Virus record (IMG/VR): IMGVR_UViG_3300031519_004559
DNA length: 64,000 nt
Strand: one strand, 5' to 3'
DNA from: a virus
The notes beneath the pieces are model-generated. The model had not been told where the DNA came from, searched no databases, and saw only the letters and a program-made list of their open reading frames with translations. How positions within the stretch are numbered: the first letter of the stretch is position 1; each line of letters starts with the position of its first letter. Made by a program: the position numbers and the translations under genes. Shown here in pieces: positions 36,565 to 46,495 of this stretch.

Positions 36565-36853
36565 GTTCGCCGCCGTTAGCACGACCATTATAAGCGCCAA
36601 ATACATTTGGCTTACGTTTTGCTGTTTCAAATGTTGCTACTGTTATTGCGATTGCGGCTAGTAGTAATACGTGTAGAAGCATACTAATAACACCTGCCCA
36701 CATACTGCCTACAATAATAGCAAACACAATACACCACATCCATGCAAGTACTTGCATAATCATATGTCGTGTGCTAAAGTCTGGAATTGCACTCAACGGA
36801 TTCTTTTCGTGATCCATTACTACATTCCAACAATCGTATACCCATTCTCTCAT
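36557..36853 (-). CDS. two-TM membrane protein
   Basis: Hydrophobic segments. Confidence 0.65.
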   Translation of the reverse strand: MREWVYDCWNVVMDHEKNPLSAIPDFSTRHMIMQVLAWMWCIVFAIIVGSMWAGVISMLLHVLLLAAIAITVATFETAKRKPNVFGAYNGRANGGEHE

Positions 36854-36984
36854 TTGTTTAGCATCCTCATACAAGTAAATACACTATTTTCATCCAAGCA
36901 ATCACTCCAGATGTGATTTAAATAATATGCTATGCCGGCAATAAAGATAATTGCAGCAGCACCGTAAATAAGTTTCTCAATCAT
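36850..36984 (-). CDS. 44-aa membrane peptide (not in ORF track)
   Basis: MIEKLIYGAAAIIFIAGIAYY...; ATGA overlaps on both sides. Confidence 0.55.
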   Translation of the reverse strand: MIEKLIYGAAAIIFIAGIAYYLNHIWSDCLDENSVFTCMRMLNK

Positions 36985-37313
36985 TCGTAGCTTTCTCCTG
37001 TTTCGCGAAAGAAGTTTTCACTCCAAAACGCCTTGTCGTCAATCCAAACATCATAGTGTTCTTTCTTACCAACACTAAGTTCGTGATGCTTTGCACCCCA
37101 TTCTACTAATTGATTGTGTGTTAGTCTATAATAGTCTATACCACTTACAGCACCACGAGCTGTCATATATTTAATTGTGTGTCCTGCATCATATAATGCA
37201 TTTACTTTTGCAATACGATCCATCATAGGTTCGTGTATTGCATAATTCTTTGAGCCGTCTGCATTAAATACTTCATTACAGATCGTTCCGTCTATATCAA
37301 TTACATATTTCAA
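36981..37313 (-). CDS. small HAD phosphatase
   Basis: IDIDGTI, TARG, WIDDKA. Confidence 0.8.
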   Translation of the reverse strand: MKYVIDIDGTICNEVFNADGSKNYAIHEPMMDRIAKVNALYDAGHTIKYMTARGAVSGIDYYRLTHNQLVEWGAKHHELSVGKKEHYDVWIDDKAFWSENFFRETGESYE

Positions 37314-37317
37314 TTAA

Positions 37318-37890
37318 CTACTTCCCTGTGACAATTTCATATATTTCTTTCCAACCGTTTGCTCTAACAAGTCCTGGATACTCAAAATCTTTGTTATATG
37401 GGTGTGTAATAAGAATAGACTTATGTCCAGCTTTAATACCAGCTACTGCATTTTCTGGCTTATCTTCAATCCACCAATGTCCGGGTTCCCACTGTTTTAA
37501 GTATTCGTCTTTGTCTGCGCCTGTTTCAATACATTGGCAACTTGTAAATGCAGCTCCAAAATGATCTAACAAATTCAAGCTCCTTGCCTTGCCAGCATAT
37601 TCATCAGTACTCATAGAAGTGAGGCCAGCAAATTGATATCCTTCTCGCCTCAACTCCATTGCGTATTCAACAGCGCCTTCCATAGGAGTTAAGTAGCCCA
37701 TCCATGCACTTTCGTTAAATTGGATGATTAATTCATCTGCCCAACTTTTTGAAATGCTATAGCGCACTGCTTGACTGTATACATCCGGTACTTCAACTTT
37801 AAATTTTTTAGATGCCATCCACCTAGTAAATGCAGTATCCCACCTAAGGAATACTCCGTCAATATCTGTTAAAATTAATTTTTCATTCAT
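37318..37890 (-). CDS. HAD nucleotidase (T4 30.2-like)
   Basis: LTDIDGV, WIEDK, HPYN. Confidence 0.8.
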   Translation of the reverse strand: MNEKLILTDIDGVFLRWDTAFTRWMASKKFKVEVPDVYSQAVRYSISKSWADELIIQFNESAWMGYLTPMEGAVEYAMELRREGYQFAGLTSMSTDEYAGKARSLNLLDHFGAAFTSCQCIETGADKDEYLKQWEPGHWWIEDKPENAVAGIKAGHKSILITHPYNKDFEYPGLVRANGWKEIYEIVTGK

Positions 37891-38423
37891 CGTTTAATGC
37901 CTAATTCCTTGTATGCAATTTGAATTGCTTTTGACTGATAGTATGCATCGGCTAATGCGTTGTGTAAATTGCTTTGCATTCCTTTGCGTGGATCCTTCTC
38001 ACAACAGCTAAAAAGGGTCCTAGAATCCCGTATAATCCAAAAGTTCCACGGAATCGGCTTTCCGCTGCTACGGAACATGTCTTCTAGTATGGTATAGTCA
38101 AAACCGTAACCTTGTCCCCATAATGTATCAACACCAACACAAAATTTACTAATTTGGCGTAGAGCTTCATCTACACTTACTGCGCCTGTTTGATCAAACG
38201 CTTCTTCCATAATAGCAGGATCTTGTTTGCCCCACCATTCAATAGTGCTGTTACTAGCTGTACGTCCGAGCGCATCTTGCTCGTCAATATTAATTTTTAA
38301 GTAAAGCTCTGAGTGTGGTTCACTGTTGTCTAACGCATTGAATTTAACTGCACCTAATGATAGGACAGTTGCGCTTGGACTAGTATCAATAGTCTCTAAA
38401 TCAATAGTTGCATGTGTTGTCAA
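37887..38423 (-). CDS. DEDDh 3'-5' exonuclease (DexA-like)
   Basis: IDLET, GFD, HNALADA. Confidence 0.85.
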   Translation of the reverse strand: MTTHATIDLETIDTSPSATVLSLGAVKFNALDNSEPHSELYLKINIDEQDALGRTASNSTIEWWGKQDPAIMEEAFDQTGAVSVDEALRQISKFCVGVDTLWGQGYGFDYTILEDMFRSSGKPIPWNFWIIRDSRTLFSCCEKDPRKGMQSNLHNALADAYYQSKAIQIAYKELGIKR

Positions 38424-38429
38424 AAGAAA

Positions 38430-38478
38430 ACTCCTTAGTTATTACATACATTATAGCACATAGTAACTAAGGAGTCAA
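38430..38478 (-). promoter_or_regulatory. sigma70 promoter (TTGACT-N17-TATAAT) embedded in a 12-bp hairpin that covers the SD; U-tract follows
   Basis: ACTCCTTAGTTA...TAACTAAGGAGT-TTTCTTTTG. Confidence 0.7.
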
Positions 38479-38497
38479 GTAGTTTTTTTAAATTATT

Positions 38498-38854
38498 TTA
38501 CTTAATAAACTGTGCTAGTTGCGGTGCTTTCCAACCTTGCGGCTTTAGTACTTTACCGTCTTCACGCTTAATTACTTTACTGGTTGTAGGATCAATCTTT
38601 GCAAAGTTTGTGTTCATTACTTCTTTCCAGGCAGCTTCACCGTCCCAACCTGCAGCACGGATTGCACCCATGGTAACAACGAGGATGTCAACTAGTGCAT
38701 CAAGTTGTTCTACTTTGTCGTGCGTTCTAAGTGCTTTTTGAAGTTCAATATACTCTTCGTCTATTAGATCAAGGTACATATTGTAGTTTGCTTCACTTGC
38801 TGGTTGGTCACATGCTGTTGCAAACATGTCTACATCGTTAAATGGATTAGTCAT
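38498..38854 (-). CDS. MazG-like NTP pyrophosphohydrolase
   Basis: LIDEEY.E, LDALVD, KREDGKVLKP. Confidence 0.85.
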   Translation of the reverse strand: MTNPFNDVDMFATACDQPASEANYNMYLDLIDEEYIELQKALRTHDKVEQLDALVDILVVTMGAIRAAGWDGEAAWKEVMNTNFAKIDPTTSKVIKREDGKVLKPQGWKAPQLAQFIK

Positions 38855-39273
38855 TATGCTATTTGTCCTGATGAATTTACAAAGTCTTGTGGGTTTACTG
38901 TAGCATGTTCACCGTCGCCATATTCTCCACCTATCTGTACGTCATTTGGTTTAGTTTCTGAATATGCTAAGACACATTCAGCATCTACCATTCGAACTTC
39001 AATTTCACCGTCTGGAGTTTCTATAGTCATTCCACGAGTCCAACGACCATGTTCTACTAGAATCCATTGACCTACACTATAGTCATCCTCATTAATTGGA
39101 CCTTTGGAATAAACTTTACCCCAACGAGGATAAATGCCTCGAGTTGAGCCGTTGTCGTCTTTAATAATTAGACCACCTTTTGATTTTTGTTCTCCAAAGT
39201 GCATATCACTTACTAGAACTCTATCACCGATAGCTCTCGGAGTACCTTTAATTGTATTTAAATTTAACGCCAT
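38854..39273 (-). CDS. GroES-like co-chaperonin
   Basis: RAIGDRVLV, KSKGGLII, GKVYSKG. Confidence 0.8.
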   Translation of the reverse strand: MALNLNTIKGTPRAIGDRVLVSDMHFGEQKSKGGLIIKDDNGSTRGIYPRWGKVYSKGPINEDDYSVGQWILVEHGRWTRGMTIETPDGEIEVRMVDAECVLAYSETKPNDVQIGGEYGDGEHATVNPQDFVNSSGQIA

Positions 39274-39276
39274 TTG

Positions 39277-39612
39277 TTAATTACCTTTTTGTACAAAATT
39301 TCCGTCAGTGTCTTCTTCCCATTCGTCATCTTCGCCGATAACTAGTACATCGTTTTCGTCCTCGAGACTGTCCTTAGACTTGGCTACAGCAATTTCATCA
39401 GGTACACCCGGATGTTCTTTTTGGTAATCAGCAAGAATCTGTTCTCTAGTTTTAACAATAGTTCCACCAGGTCCTAGTTCGTCACCGCGAGCATTAACTT
39501 TGGCATTACCTACTGCTGGTGTTAACTCATTTTTTTGACGTAGCAAGTCCATATCGACTTGTTTGCCTTGCATTGATTTGTAGACTTTACGTCCTGTTTG
39601 TTTCATTGGCAT
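39277..39612 (-). CDS. hypothetical phage protein
   Basis: AVGNAKVNARGDELGPGG; strong SD. Confidence 0.75.
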   Translation of the reverse strand: MPMKQTGRKVYKSMQGKQVDMDLLRQKNELTPAVGNAKVNARGDELGPGGTIVKTREQILADYQKEHPGVPDEIAVAKSKDSLEDENDVLVIGEDDEWEEDTDGNFVQKGN

Positions 39613-39640
39613 TGTAATACCTCCTTAGTTATAATAGTAC

Positions 39641-40174
39641 TTATCTTAGGAACTCTCTCCAGTCCAGGTCAAACTGGATTGAATCAATTCTATGTACACC
39701 TATTAAGTATAGCACATAACTTGCTACACTACTACCTCTTCCTACACCCCAAACAATATCATTCTCTCGCATAAAGTCTACAAGATAAATCATGTAGCGT
39801 AGTAAGTCAAGCATGCCACGTGCTTCGTACTCACGTAGTTCTTCCCATATACGTTCTTGATGGGGAATTTCCTCACAGGGCGTTTCTGCTTTACCTAATA
39901 CATATTTGAATACATTAAGATCTTTATATTCATCAGGCATAAACCACTCAGACTGTAATGCATTGTCAAAGTCTTTTTGTTCTACATCAATTGGTATATA
40001 CTGTTTAAGTTCGGGCAAGTACTGATCTCGCATTGCTTCGTTGAATTTATCTATGTCATCACTAGGATCACATAGTACCACATGACATTTGTCCACATGA
40101 CCGGTATAGATCATATCAATAAGATCTTTATTCGAGAATCGCGGAATACCTAGTTTGTCTGTTTTCATAAGCAT
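39641..40174 (-). CDS. stand-alone fragment of DNA polymerase III alpha (DnaE)
   Basis: RIWEELREY...YLVDFMRENDIVWGVGRGSSVASYVLYLIGVHRID...EFLR. Confidence 0.75.
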   Translation of the reverse strand: MLMKTDKLGIPRFSNKDLIDMIYTGHVDKCHVVLCDPSDDIDKFNEAMRDQYLPELKQYIPIDVEQKDFDNALQSEWFMPDEYKDLNVFKYVLGKAETPCEEIPHQERIWEELREYEARGMLDLLRYMIYLVDFMRENDIVWGVGRGSSVASYVLYLIGVHRIDSIQFDLDWREFLR

Positions 40175-40180
40175 ACATGT

Positions 40181-40209
40181 ATTTTAACTGATATTAATCA
40201 GATTGTCAA
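40181..40209 (-). promoter_or_regulatory. sigma70 promoter TTGACA-N17-TAAAAT
   Basis: Direct sequence. Confidence 0.7.
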
Positions 40210-40420
40210 GAGAATTTTCGCCATCTTCGGCAGAAATATTTTGAGTCATCTTAGATGACCTGTTAGTTGATTCGGCTTTAAGTTCATCTAAAATTAGCGT
40301 CATCTGTGCTTGAACGCCGGGGTTATGTGTTTGCCAATACTTTGTTGATAAATCGACAATTTTCTCGTGTAAGTCTGCGTCAGATAGATCTCTAAAATTA
40401 TCTATTAACGGATGACTCAT
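40184..40420 (-). CDS. hypothetical protein
   Basis: Operon packing. Confidence 0.65.
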   Translation of the reverse strand: MSHPLIDNFRDLSDADLHEKIVDLSTKYWQTHNPGVQAQMTLILDELKAESTNRSSKMTQNISAEDGENSLDNLINIS

Positions 40421-40986
40421 TATGCTCCAAACTCACCAATATAGTCTGCAAATACAATACCACCTGCATTTGTTGTCCAAAAGTCTACTATTGCTCTTTT
40501 TGCTGTATTGCTAACAACAAATGATGCAGGAAATCCAGGGCCTTTAATAATTGAGCCAGCTATTGCATTCCAAGTAATTACTTTGGTCACATCGCTAGTA
40601 CTAACTTCTACACGCATTTTACTAAGTCTTCCGGATGTGCCCCACCCTGTTAGAGATAACGTAATATCATCACCTACTGTAAGTGTTTGGTAGTGTCCGT
40701 CAGACCAGTCAATATTTTGACCTGCACTAATAGTGCCAATGCTGTTAACTTCTTCAGTGTTAGCAAGAAGATTTGCATCTAAAATGTTGTTACCATTAAA
40801 GTCATTTGCAGCATTTAATTTTGCTGTAGTTGTGTCCAGTGTAGATAAGTCTGTCGCTGCATTGCCCATCTGTGTCTTGATAACATTGAAATTGTCTCTA
40901 AAACCTTGTGAATCGTTATCTACCCCAGCTACAGGATATAATGCATCTATACTTTGTATTGAACTTGAACTTATTGTGATTGCCAT
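40420..40986 (-). CDS. virion structural protein (tail/baseplate associated)
   Basis: YPVAGVDNDSQGFRDNF N-terminus; context. Confidence 0.65.
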   Translation of the reverse strand: MAITISSSSIQSIDALYPVAGVDNDSQGFRDNFNVIKTQMGNAATDLSTLDTTTAKLNAANDFNGNNILDANLLANTEEVNSIGTISAGQNIDWSDGHYQTLTVGDDITLSLTGWGTSGRLSKMRVEVSTSDVTKVITWNAIAGSIIKGPGFPASFVVSNTAKRAIVDFWTTNAGGIVFADYIGEFGA

Positions 40987-41016
40987 TTTTTGTTTCTCCG
41001 TTAATATTTATGTCTA

Positions 41017-43566
41017 TTAGACATTGTGTTTGTAATTTGCGAACATAATGTATTTCTCATCTGATACGCCTTCTGTGCTATCGATTACATATCTATCAAT
41101 ATCATAATTAAATTGATTAAATTTAGTATTAGTATTTGCAATAGCATTTTTAATAATATTACTCTGTCCAGGTAGAGTGTAACATAATGGAATAGCATTT
41201 ACGAATCCTAATGTGGCAATTGCTCCTGGTTGTGAAGTACGCATCCATAACGGTAAGAAGTTAATTTCTGTTTCGCCTAAGGCACGTAGTCTATCTCTCA
41301 TATTATCAATGCTAGAGATAAATCGTTTTGTGTCGTTTGCACCGTCTATAGTAATTGCATCAGAGTCAACTTTTATTGCATTCTCTGGTGACGGCCTAAA
41401 TCTATACGGATCAGTAGTTCCGGTAGTTATAGGGCTTAATATATCAACACTGTTATTAACGCCAACGTAAAATCCATCGCCGGTGGATATTATTGCTGTT
41501 GATCCGTCTCGGATAGTAACTGTAAGGCTAGGCAATAATTCTATTGCTACGGTTGAAAATCTTCTACTGCCTAACTCAATAACATCTGCATCTATTAAGT
41601 CAATGGGTTGTCCTGGAACAGTATAGCCAGCTGAAGTATACTTTTCAGAATTAACACTGTTTTCTTGAGTATTTCTAATTGTAAAACTGTTTCTAGTCTT
41701 AACTCCAGTTGTGCTTTCTGCAGGATCAATCACTTCAATATATACCACTTCATAAACAATAGTATCACTGCCTGGGTTCTTAGCTATGGCAGTTTTTACT
41801 TCACCTAGCTTATATGTTTTACGCATATGATTTTTTGATGCAGCCGCAACGTATCTGTTAATTAATTTTGTTTCAATGCCTGCATAGATTAACATTTGTA
41901 ATTGTTTTTGCAATCCAAAGTTAGGGTCGTTAGGTCTATATATTTTGTCGTTTTCGAATATTCTACTATCAGTAATAATTTCTGTAAGTGCGCTTCTTTG
42001 AGTTTGTCTTAAAAATGGACGTACACTAATATTACTATACAACTTGTCGTCTGGATCGCTGACTGATAATGTAAATTGTCTTTCAATTTTACTATAACCG
42101 AAGTGGTCTTTAACACTTACTGTAAATGTATACATCCTGTCAACATTTGTAGTATTCCCGTCAAGTGTTAGAGTCTGACTATCAAAAATTGTAAGCCCAG
42201 GATTAGCTACTGTACCAAAACTATTAATTTTACCTATTATGTCACCACCTGGACCTAATCTTAGTCCCGGCGGCAAACTGCCACTTTCTAAAACATACAG
42301 TAGATTTGCATTAGGTACTGTTGTGTTTGCAGTTACAGACAAAGTACTAATATAGTTAGAGCTTATCAATCCAAGGCTGCTAGATGTTTTCCATGTTAAG
42401 ACACTGTCTATTTCGCCTAATAATTTTATAGTAAACGTCTTGTTTTTAAACGGTTGGTCGTCAACATTTACTTCTGTACGAGTCGCTCGTACTGTAAATT
42501 TGTATTCTATTGTAATAGCAGGTTGATAAGGAACTTTGCCTCCTAGTTCACCTGTTTGTGTATCAAGCAATAGCCCTGGAGGTAGCACACTTGCACTGCC
42601 GTCGTCGTTCAACGACTGTAAAGAATATGTTATTATGCCAGTATCTGGATTAGGGTCAATAACGTCAAGATATAATGTAACATAGTTATTTGCCCGTCTA
42701 AAACCAAAGTTTGCAGGAGTTAACCAAATTGGCACTCTAACATTAGATATGTCTGCTGTAAAGATACCATTTGCAACTTGCATAATAGTATTGTCTGCTC
42801 TAAGAAAATCATCCCCTACAACATAAATTTTAAAAGTTCTGTCAGTATAATCATCACCGTCTGAAACACGTACGATGAATTCGTAATATCTGTTTAATTT
42901 TCTTGGAGACTTAGTAACAACATTAATGTCATATGAGCCTAGGTCATAAAAATAACTGTCAAATCCGTTTCCTGATCTTTCACCAAAATCATATGGAAAA
43001 CTTCCGTAGTTATTAGCATCAAAGAATCCTGAACCTGCTGGTTTTTCTAATGCAAGAATAGGTTCTACAATGCCGGCTAATCGTCCGTCTACTGTAAGCG
43101 TAATGCCTGGAGGCAACTCGCCTCGAATCTTAGTATATTCTAACAGGTCTCCAGCTGAAGTATCAGGGTCGGTTGCGATAAGTTGATAATCTAACGGAGC
43201 ACTGTCAATTATGAATAGCGCATCATTAGAGCCAACTGGCAAACTTCCTTCGGGGGTGGTCCATACAGGCTCGTCTGCGCCCGTAACAATTACATTAAAT
43301 GTTCTATCGCTTATTAACCCATTTAGAGTTGCTCTAACGCAAAATTCGTATTTTGTATCACGTGCAACCTCAAATGGAGTGCCTACTAATTCGTACCCAT
43401 TTAAGCGCATTCCACTAGGAATAGTGCCTGATATAACTGCTATAGTCATTCCTGAAGTTGCCATTGGCAAGTATCTACCATTAGCAGGTAACGCTAAACT
43501 TGTAGTTATACGTTCTTCTATCGTTGCTATAGTTTTATCAGACTGTAATGTCCAAAAGTCTGCCAT
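41017..43566 (-). CDS. baseplate/virion protein with putative Ig-like repeats
   Basis: Repeated G.LPPG..L...G.L.G motifs. Confidence 0.7.
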   Translation of the reverse strand: MADFWTLQSDKTIATIEERITTSLALPANGRYLPMATSGMTIAVISGTIPSGMRLNGYELVGTPFEVARDTKYEFCVRATLNGLISDRTFNVIVTGADEPVWTTPEGSLPVGSNDALFIIDSAPLDYQLIATDPDTSAGDLLEYTKIRGELPPGITLTVDGRLAGIVEPILALEKPAGSGFFDANNYGSFPYDFGERSGNGFDSYFYDLGSYDINVVTKSPRKLNRYYEFIVRVSDGDDYTDRTFKIYVVGDDFLRADNTIMQVANGIFTADISNVRVPIWLTPANFGFRRANNYVTLYLDVIDPNPDTGIITYSLQSLNDDGSASVLPPGLLLDTQTGELGGKVPYQPAITIEYKFTVRATRTEVNVDDQPFKNKTFTIKLLGEIDSVLTWKTSSSLGLISSNYISTLSVTANTTVPNANLLYVLESGSLPPGLRLGPGGDIIGKINSFGTVANPGLTIFDSQTLTLDGNTTNVDRMYTFTVSVKDHFGYSKIERQFTLSVSDPDDKLYSNISVRPFLRQTQRSALTEIITDSRIFENDKIYRPNDPNFGLQKQLQMLIYAGIETKLINRYVAAASKNHMRKTYKLGEVKTAIAKNPGSDTIVYEVVYIEVIDPAESTTGVKTRNSFTIRNTQENSVNSEKYTSAGYTVPGQPIDLIDADVIELGSRRFSTVAIELLPSLTVTIRDGSTAIISTGDGFYVGVNNSVDILSPITTGTTDPYRFRPSPENAIKVDSDAITIDGANDTKRFISSIDNMRDRLRALGETEINFLPLWMRTSQPGAIATLGFVNAIPLCYTLPGQSNIIKNAIANTNTKFNQFNYDIDRYVIDSTEGVSDEKYIMFANYKHNV

Positions 43567-43599
43567 GTAATACTCCTTATATTGTATTTATCGGAGTTA

Positions 43600-44301
43600 C
43601 TAAATAGCTCCAAGCTCGACGCTTGTTGCATTTGGTATAGTAAGAGATCCAAAATCTACATCTGTGTTTAGAGTAAACCATTCAGAAAAACTAGTTGCGC
43701 TAGGAATGATAGCATCAAAGTCAAATCCAAATACAAATTTATCAAGATCACTTACATCTATTCCGTTTACAGTACCAGTTAACGGACCTACAAATGATGT
43801 TGCAGTTACCGTACCTGCAGCTTGAATATTGTTCCCGTCAGCATTTAATACTCCGCCTAGTTTAGGACTTGTGTCAGTTTCAACAAGATTAGTGCCGTCA
43901 ACGTCAATAAACACATCTTCTGATGTAACTCGTGTAGTTGTGCCACTACCACCTTGTATTCGAATAGTATTGTTGCCAGTGCCTAATACAACACTGCCAC
44001 TATCGCTTACAACAATTAGTTGTTTCATAGAAGCATCGCCGGATATAGTAAGACTGTTCCCGCCACCACTTAGACTAATATTTGATCCTGCAACAATACT
44101 CCTAAATTGTAGAGTGTTGTCACTTTTTTGTGCAAATAATCCTTCACCTAGTCCAAGGTTTGCTCCGTCGGATCCGTCTGCTGTACTTACTTTTGTATCT
44201 AAGTCTAAAAAGTTTGCGTTTACTTTATTAAATGCTTCGCGAACATCATCGCCGGTGCCGTCGTTTGCTATACTACCTATGTTTATACTTTGTATTGACA
44301 T
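43600..44301 (-). CDS. baseplate/fibre protein with gp9/gp10-like N-terminus
   Basis: INIGSIANDGTGDDVREAFNKVNANF. Confidence 0.7.
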   Translation of the reverse strand: MSIQSINIGSIANDGTGDDVREAFNKVNANFLDLDTKVSTADGSDGANLGLGEGLFAQKSDNTLQFRSIVAGSNISLSGGGNSLTISGDASMKQLIVVSDSGSVVLGTGNNTIRIQGGSGTTTRVTSEDVFIDVDGTNLVETDTSPKLGGVLNADGNNIQAAGTVTATSFVGPLTGTVNGIDVSDLDKFVFGFDFDAIIPSATSFSEWFTLNTDVDFGSLTIPNATSVELGAI

Positions 44302-44314
44302 TTCTTATTCTCCG

Positions 44315-45931
44315 TTATGCGTTAATTGTAAATGATTGTCCAGCTGTTACTACCCAGCCGCCTGTAGTATATAATAAACTTACAGTGTCATATGTTGCGT
44401 TAAGTTCAATTGACGTTCCGTTTGCAAAGGATGCAGGAGTAATAGTTGCTGTACTAGACCCACCCATCTTAATTATATGTTTAATTTGTCCTGACACACC
44501 GTTTGCTAGTGTAAAAGCATCTGTACCAGTTGTGATAATTTCAGTACTAGTTGTAGTTAAATTAATTACACCTGGGCCAGCTATTACTTGCATGCCACCT
44601 AAGACTACTCCGTGTAGTGTATTGTTAACACCGTCTACAAGTACTGTTGAATCATCACCAAACACACTACCTGTAAAATCACCTGTAATAGCAGGACTTG
44701 CTGTATGTGTAACTTCACCTGAAGTAACATCGTACATTAGCATTGTTGTACCAACAGCACTTCTAATTGGTGTAATTACTAAACTACTTGCTGTTGTATT
44801 TTCTACCGTAGCGCCAGTTGCGTTAAGTACAATTGAGTTTGCCGCTTGGTTTGTTTGACCTGCTTTTTGACCAATTGCTATTGCATTTTCGCCTTGACCA
44901 TCGTACCCTGCAAGATGACCAATTGCTACTGCATCTTCACCTTGATTTGTTTTACCCGCTTCGAATCCAACTGCTACTGACTGTGCGCCTTGACTAGTAT
45001 AGCCTGCAGTACGACCAATTGCTACTGCATAGCCACCTTGACTAGTATTGCCTGCAAAATATCCAATTGCTATTGCCACTGTGCCTTGAGTTGTTTGACC
45101 TGCAGTACGACCAATTGCTACTGCCGCGCCACCTTGACTAGTATTGCCTGCATAATGTCCAATTGCTACTGACTGTGCGCCTTGAGTTGTTTGTCCTGCG
45201 TGATAGCCAAGTGCAATTTCTGATTCACTTGTGCGTAAACTTGCTGTGTCTACTGCGCCAACAATCTTATTGTTAACACCGTCTACAAGTAATGTACTAT
45301 CATCGCCAAACACACTACCTATTATATCGCCATCATGCGGTGCGCCTGCTAGTTGTGCATCAGTAATGCCAAAGCCTGCTAGTGTAGTCGGCTTGTTTGT
45401 TATTTCTGAAAAGTGAACAGTTGTATTAACAAATGCTGTGCCGTTGTATTTTAAAATTTGATTAGCAACAGCACCAGTTAGTACTACATTTTGCAATTCA
45501 CCAAGATCTTGATTAGTTAGGTCAATGCTTGCATCGGCAATATTGCCCGGCTCATATCTACCTAAACTTGTATCGTAAATTAATGCTTGTCCGTTTGTTG
45601 CTTGTGTGCTTCCTACATCCGATAAATCTTCTGTACTAGCTGGAATACTAGGACGTCCGGTCAGGGCGGCATATGTTCCGTCAAACAATGAAGGCGTATT
45701 ACTTAGGTCTGTATAACTGTTTGTTAGTGCAACAGTTCCTAATGGGTTACCATTTATGCTTACGCTATTACTATCTACAACAAGATTAGCAACAGTTAAT
45801 GTGCCGCTTGCTGTGATATTAACAGCGTTCACAATACTGTTTGTGTTAAGATTTAAACTATCATTTGCTGGTAGTTCTTTAATCTTATTATTATCTGTTG
45901 TGTCTATTACTAGCGGATATCTTACTGCCAT
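44315..45931 (-). CDS. tail fibre/adhesin with YadA-head-like repeats
   Basis: About 7-8 tandem 16-aa G.T.QG..[SA]VAIG..A repeats. Confidence 0.75.
   Translation of the reverse strand: MAVRYPLVIDTTDNNKIKELPANDSLNLNTNSIVNAVNITASGTLTVANLVVDSNSVSINGNPLGTVALTNSYTDLSNTPSLFDGTYAALTGRPSIPASTEDLSDVGSTQATNGQALIYDTSLGRYEPGNIADASIDLTNQDLGELQNVVLTGAVANQILKYNGTAFVNTTVHFSEITNKPTTLAGFGITDAQLAGAPHDGDIIGSVFGDDSTLLVDGVNNKIVGAVDTASLRTSESEIALGYHAGQTTQGAQSVAIGHYAGNTSQGGAAVAIGRTAGQTTQGTVAIAIGYFAGNTSQGGYAVAIGRTAGYTSQGAQSVAVGFEAGKTNQGEDAVAIGHLAGYDGQGENAIAIGQKAGQTNQAANSIVLNATGATVENTTASSLVITPIRSAVGTTMLMYDVTSGEVTHTASPAITGDFTGSVFGDDSTVLVDGVNNTLHGVVLGGMQVIAGPGVINLTTTSTEIITTGTDAFTLANGVSGQIKHIIKMGGSSTATITPASFANGTSIELNATYDTVSLLYTTGGWVVTAGQSFTINA
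44840..45215 (-). repeat. 48-bp coding tandem repeat (approximate bounds)
   Basis: Recurrent ccaattgcta and ccttga blocks at 48-bp spacing. Confidence 0.8.
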
Positions 45932-45952
45932 TTTATTTTCCTATATCTATAT

Positions 45953-46495
45953 TTAGTGTAAATCTGCCCATCCAGCTGTACTATCATTATTAGCATCTGC
46001 TGCATAGCCTTGGAATTTTCCTGTTGTAGTATTGTATACAAATAACCCTTCTGCTGTAGTTAGTGCATCTATTGCTGCTTGAGTCAGCATAGGGGCTTTA
46101 AAACTACTTGGTTCAGCAGGACCTACAATCTTGCTGTTAACTCCGTCAACTAATATTGTTGAGTCGTCACCAAATATTGATCCAGTAACGTCACCGTCTA
46201 CCTTTATACTTGCTCCGTTAACAACTAAGTTACCTTGGGCATCTGCTTGTAGTCTTGCATTACCAATGTAAACAAAATCTTTTACATGTAAGTCAGACCA
46301 CCTTTTAGTAGAACTACCTAATGCTCTAGTCCCGTCAGTAGTAGGTATCATGTTAGATCCTATACTGTCTAAGTCTAGTGTGGTTGCTGCATACAGTTCG
46401 TCAAAGTTATCGTTGATTTTGTCAAAGGCTGTGCGTAACGGATCGCCGTCACCTTTGTTTATACTTGTACCAATGTTTACAATTTGCTTCGCCAT
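45953..46495 (-). CDS. baseplate/fibre protein with gp9/gp10-like N-terminus
   Basis: VNIGTSINKGDGDPLRTAFDKINDNFDELY. Confidence 0.7.
   Translation of the reverse strand: MAKQIVNIGTSINKGDGDPLRTAFDKINDNFDELYAATTLDLDSIGSNMIPTTDGTRALGSSTKRWSDLHVKDFVYIGNARLQADAQGNLVVNGASIKVDGDVTGSIFGDDSTILVDGVNSKIVGPAEPSSFKAPMLTQAAIDALTTAEGLFVYNTTTGKFQGYAADANNDSTAGWADLH

Noticed and set aside
44840-45215. Periodic repeats as a CRISPR array or DGR template/variable repeat
   Set aside because: They are in-frame coding repeats without unique spacers; no cas or reverse transcriptase gene, and no adenine-specific mismatch pattern noticed
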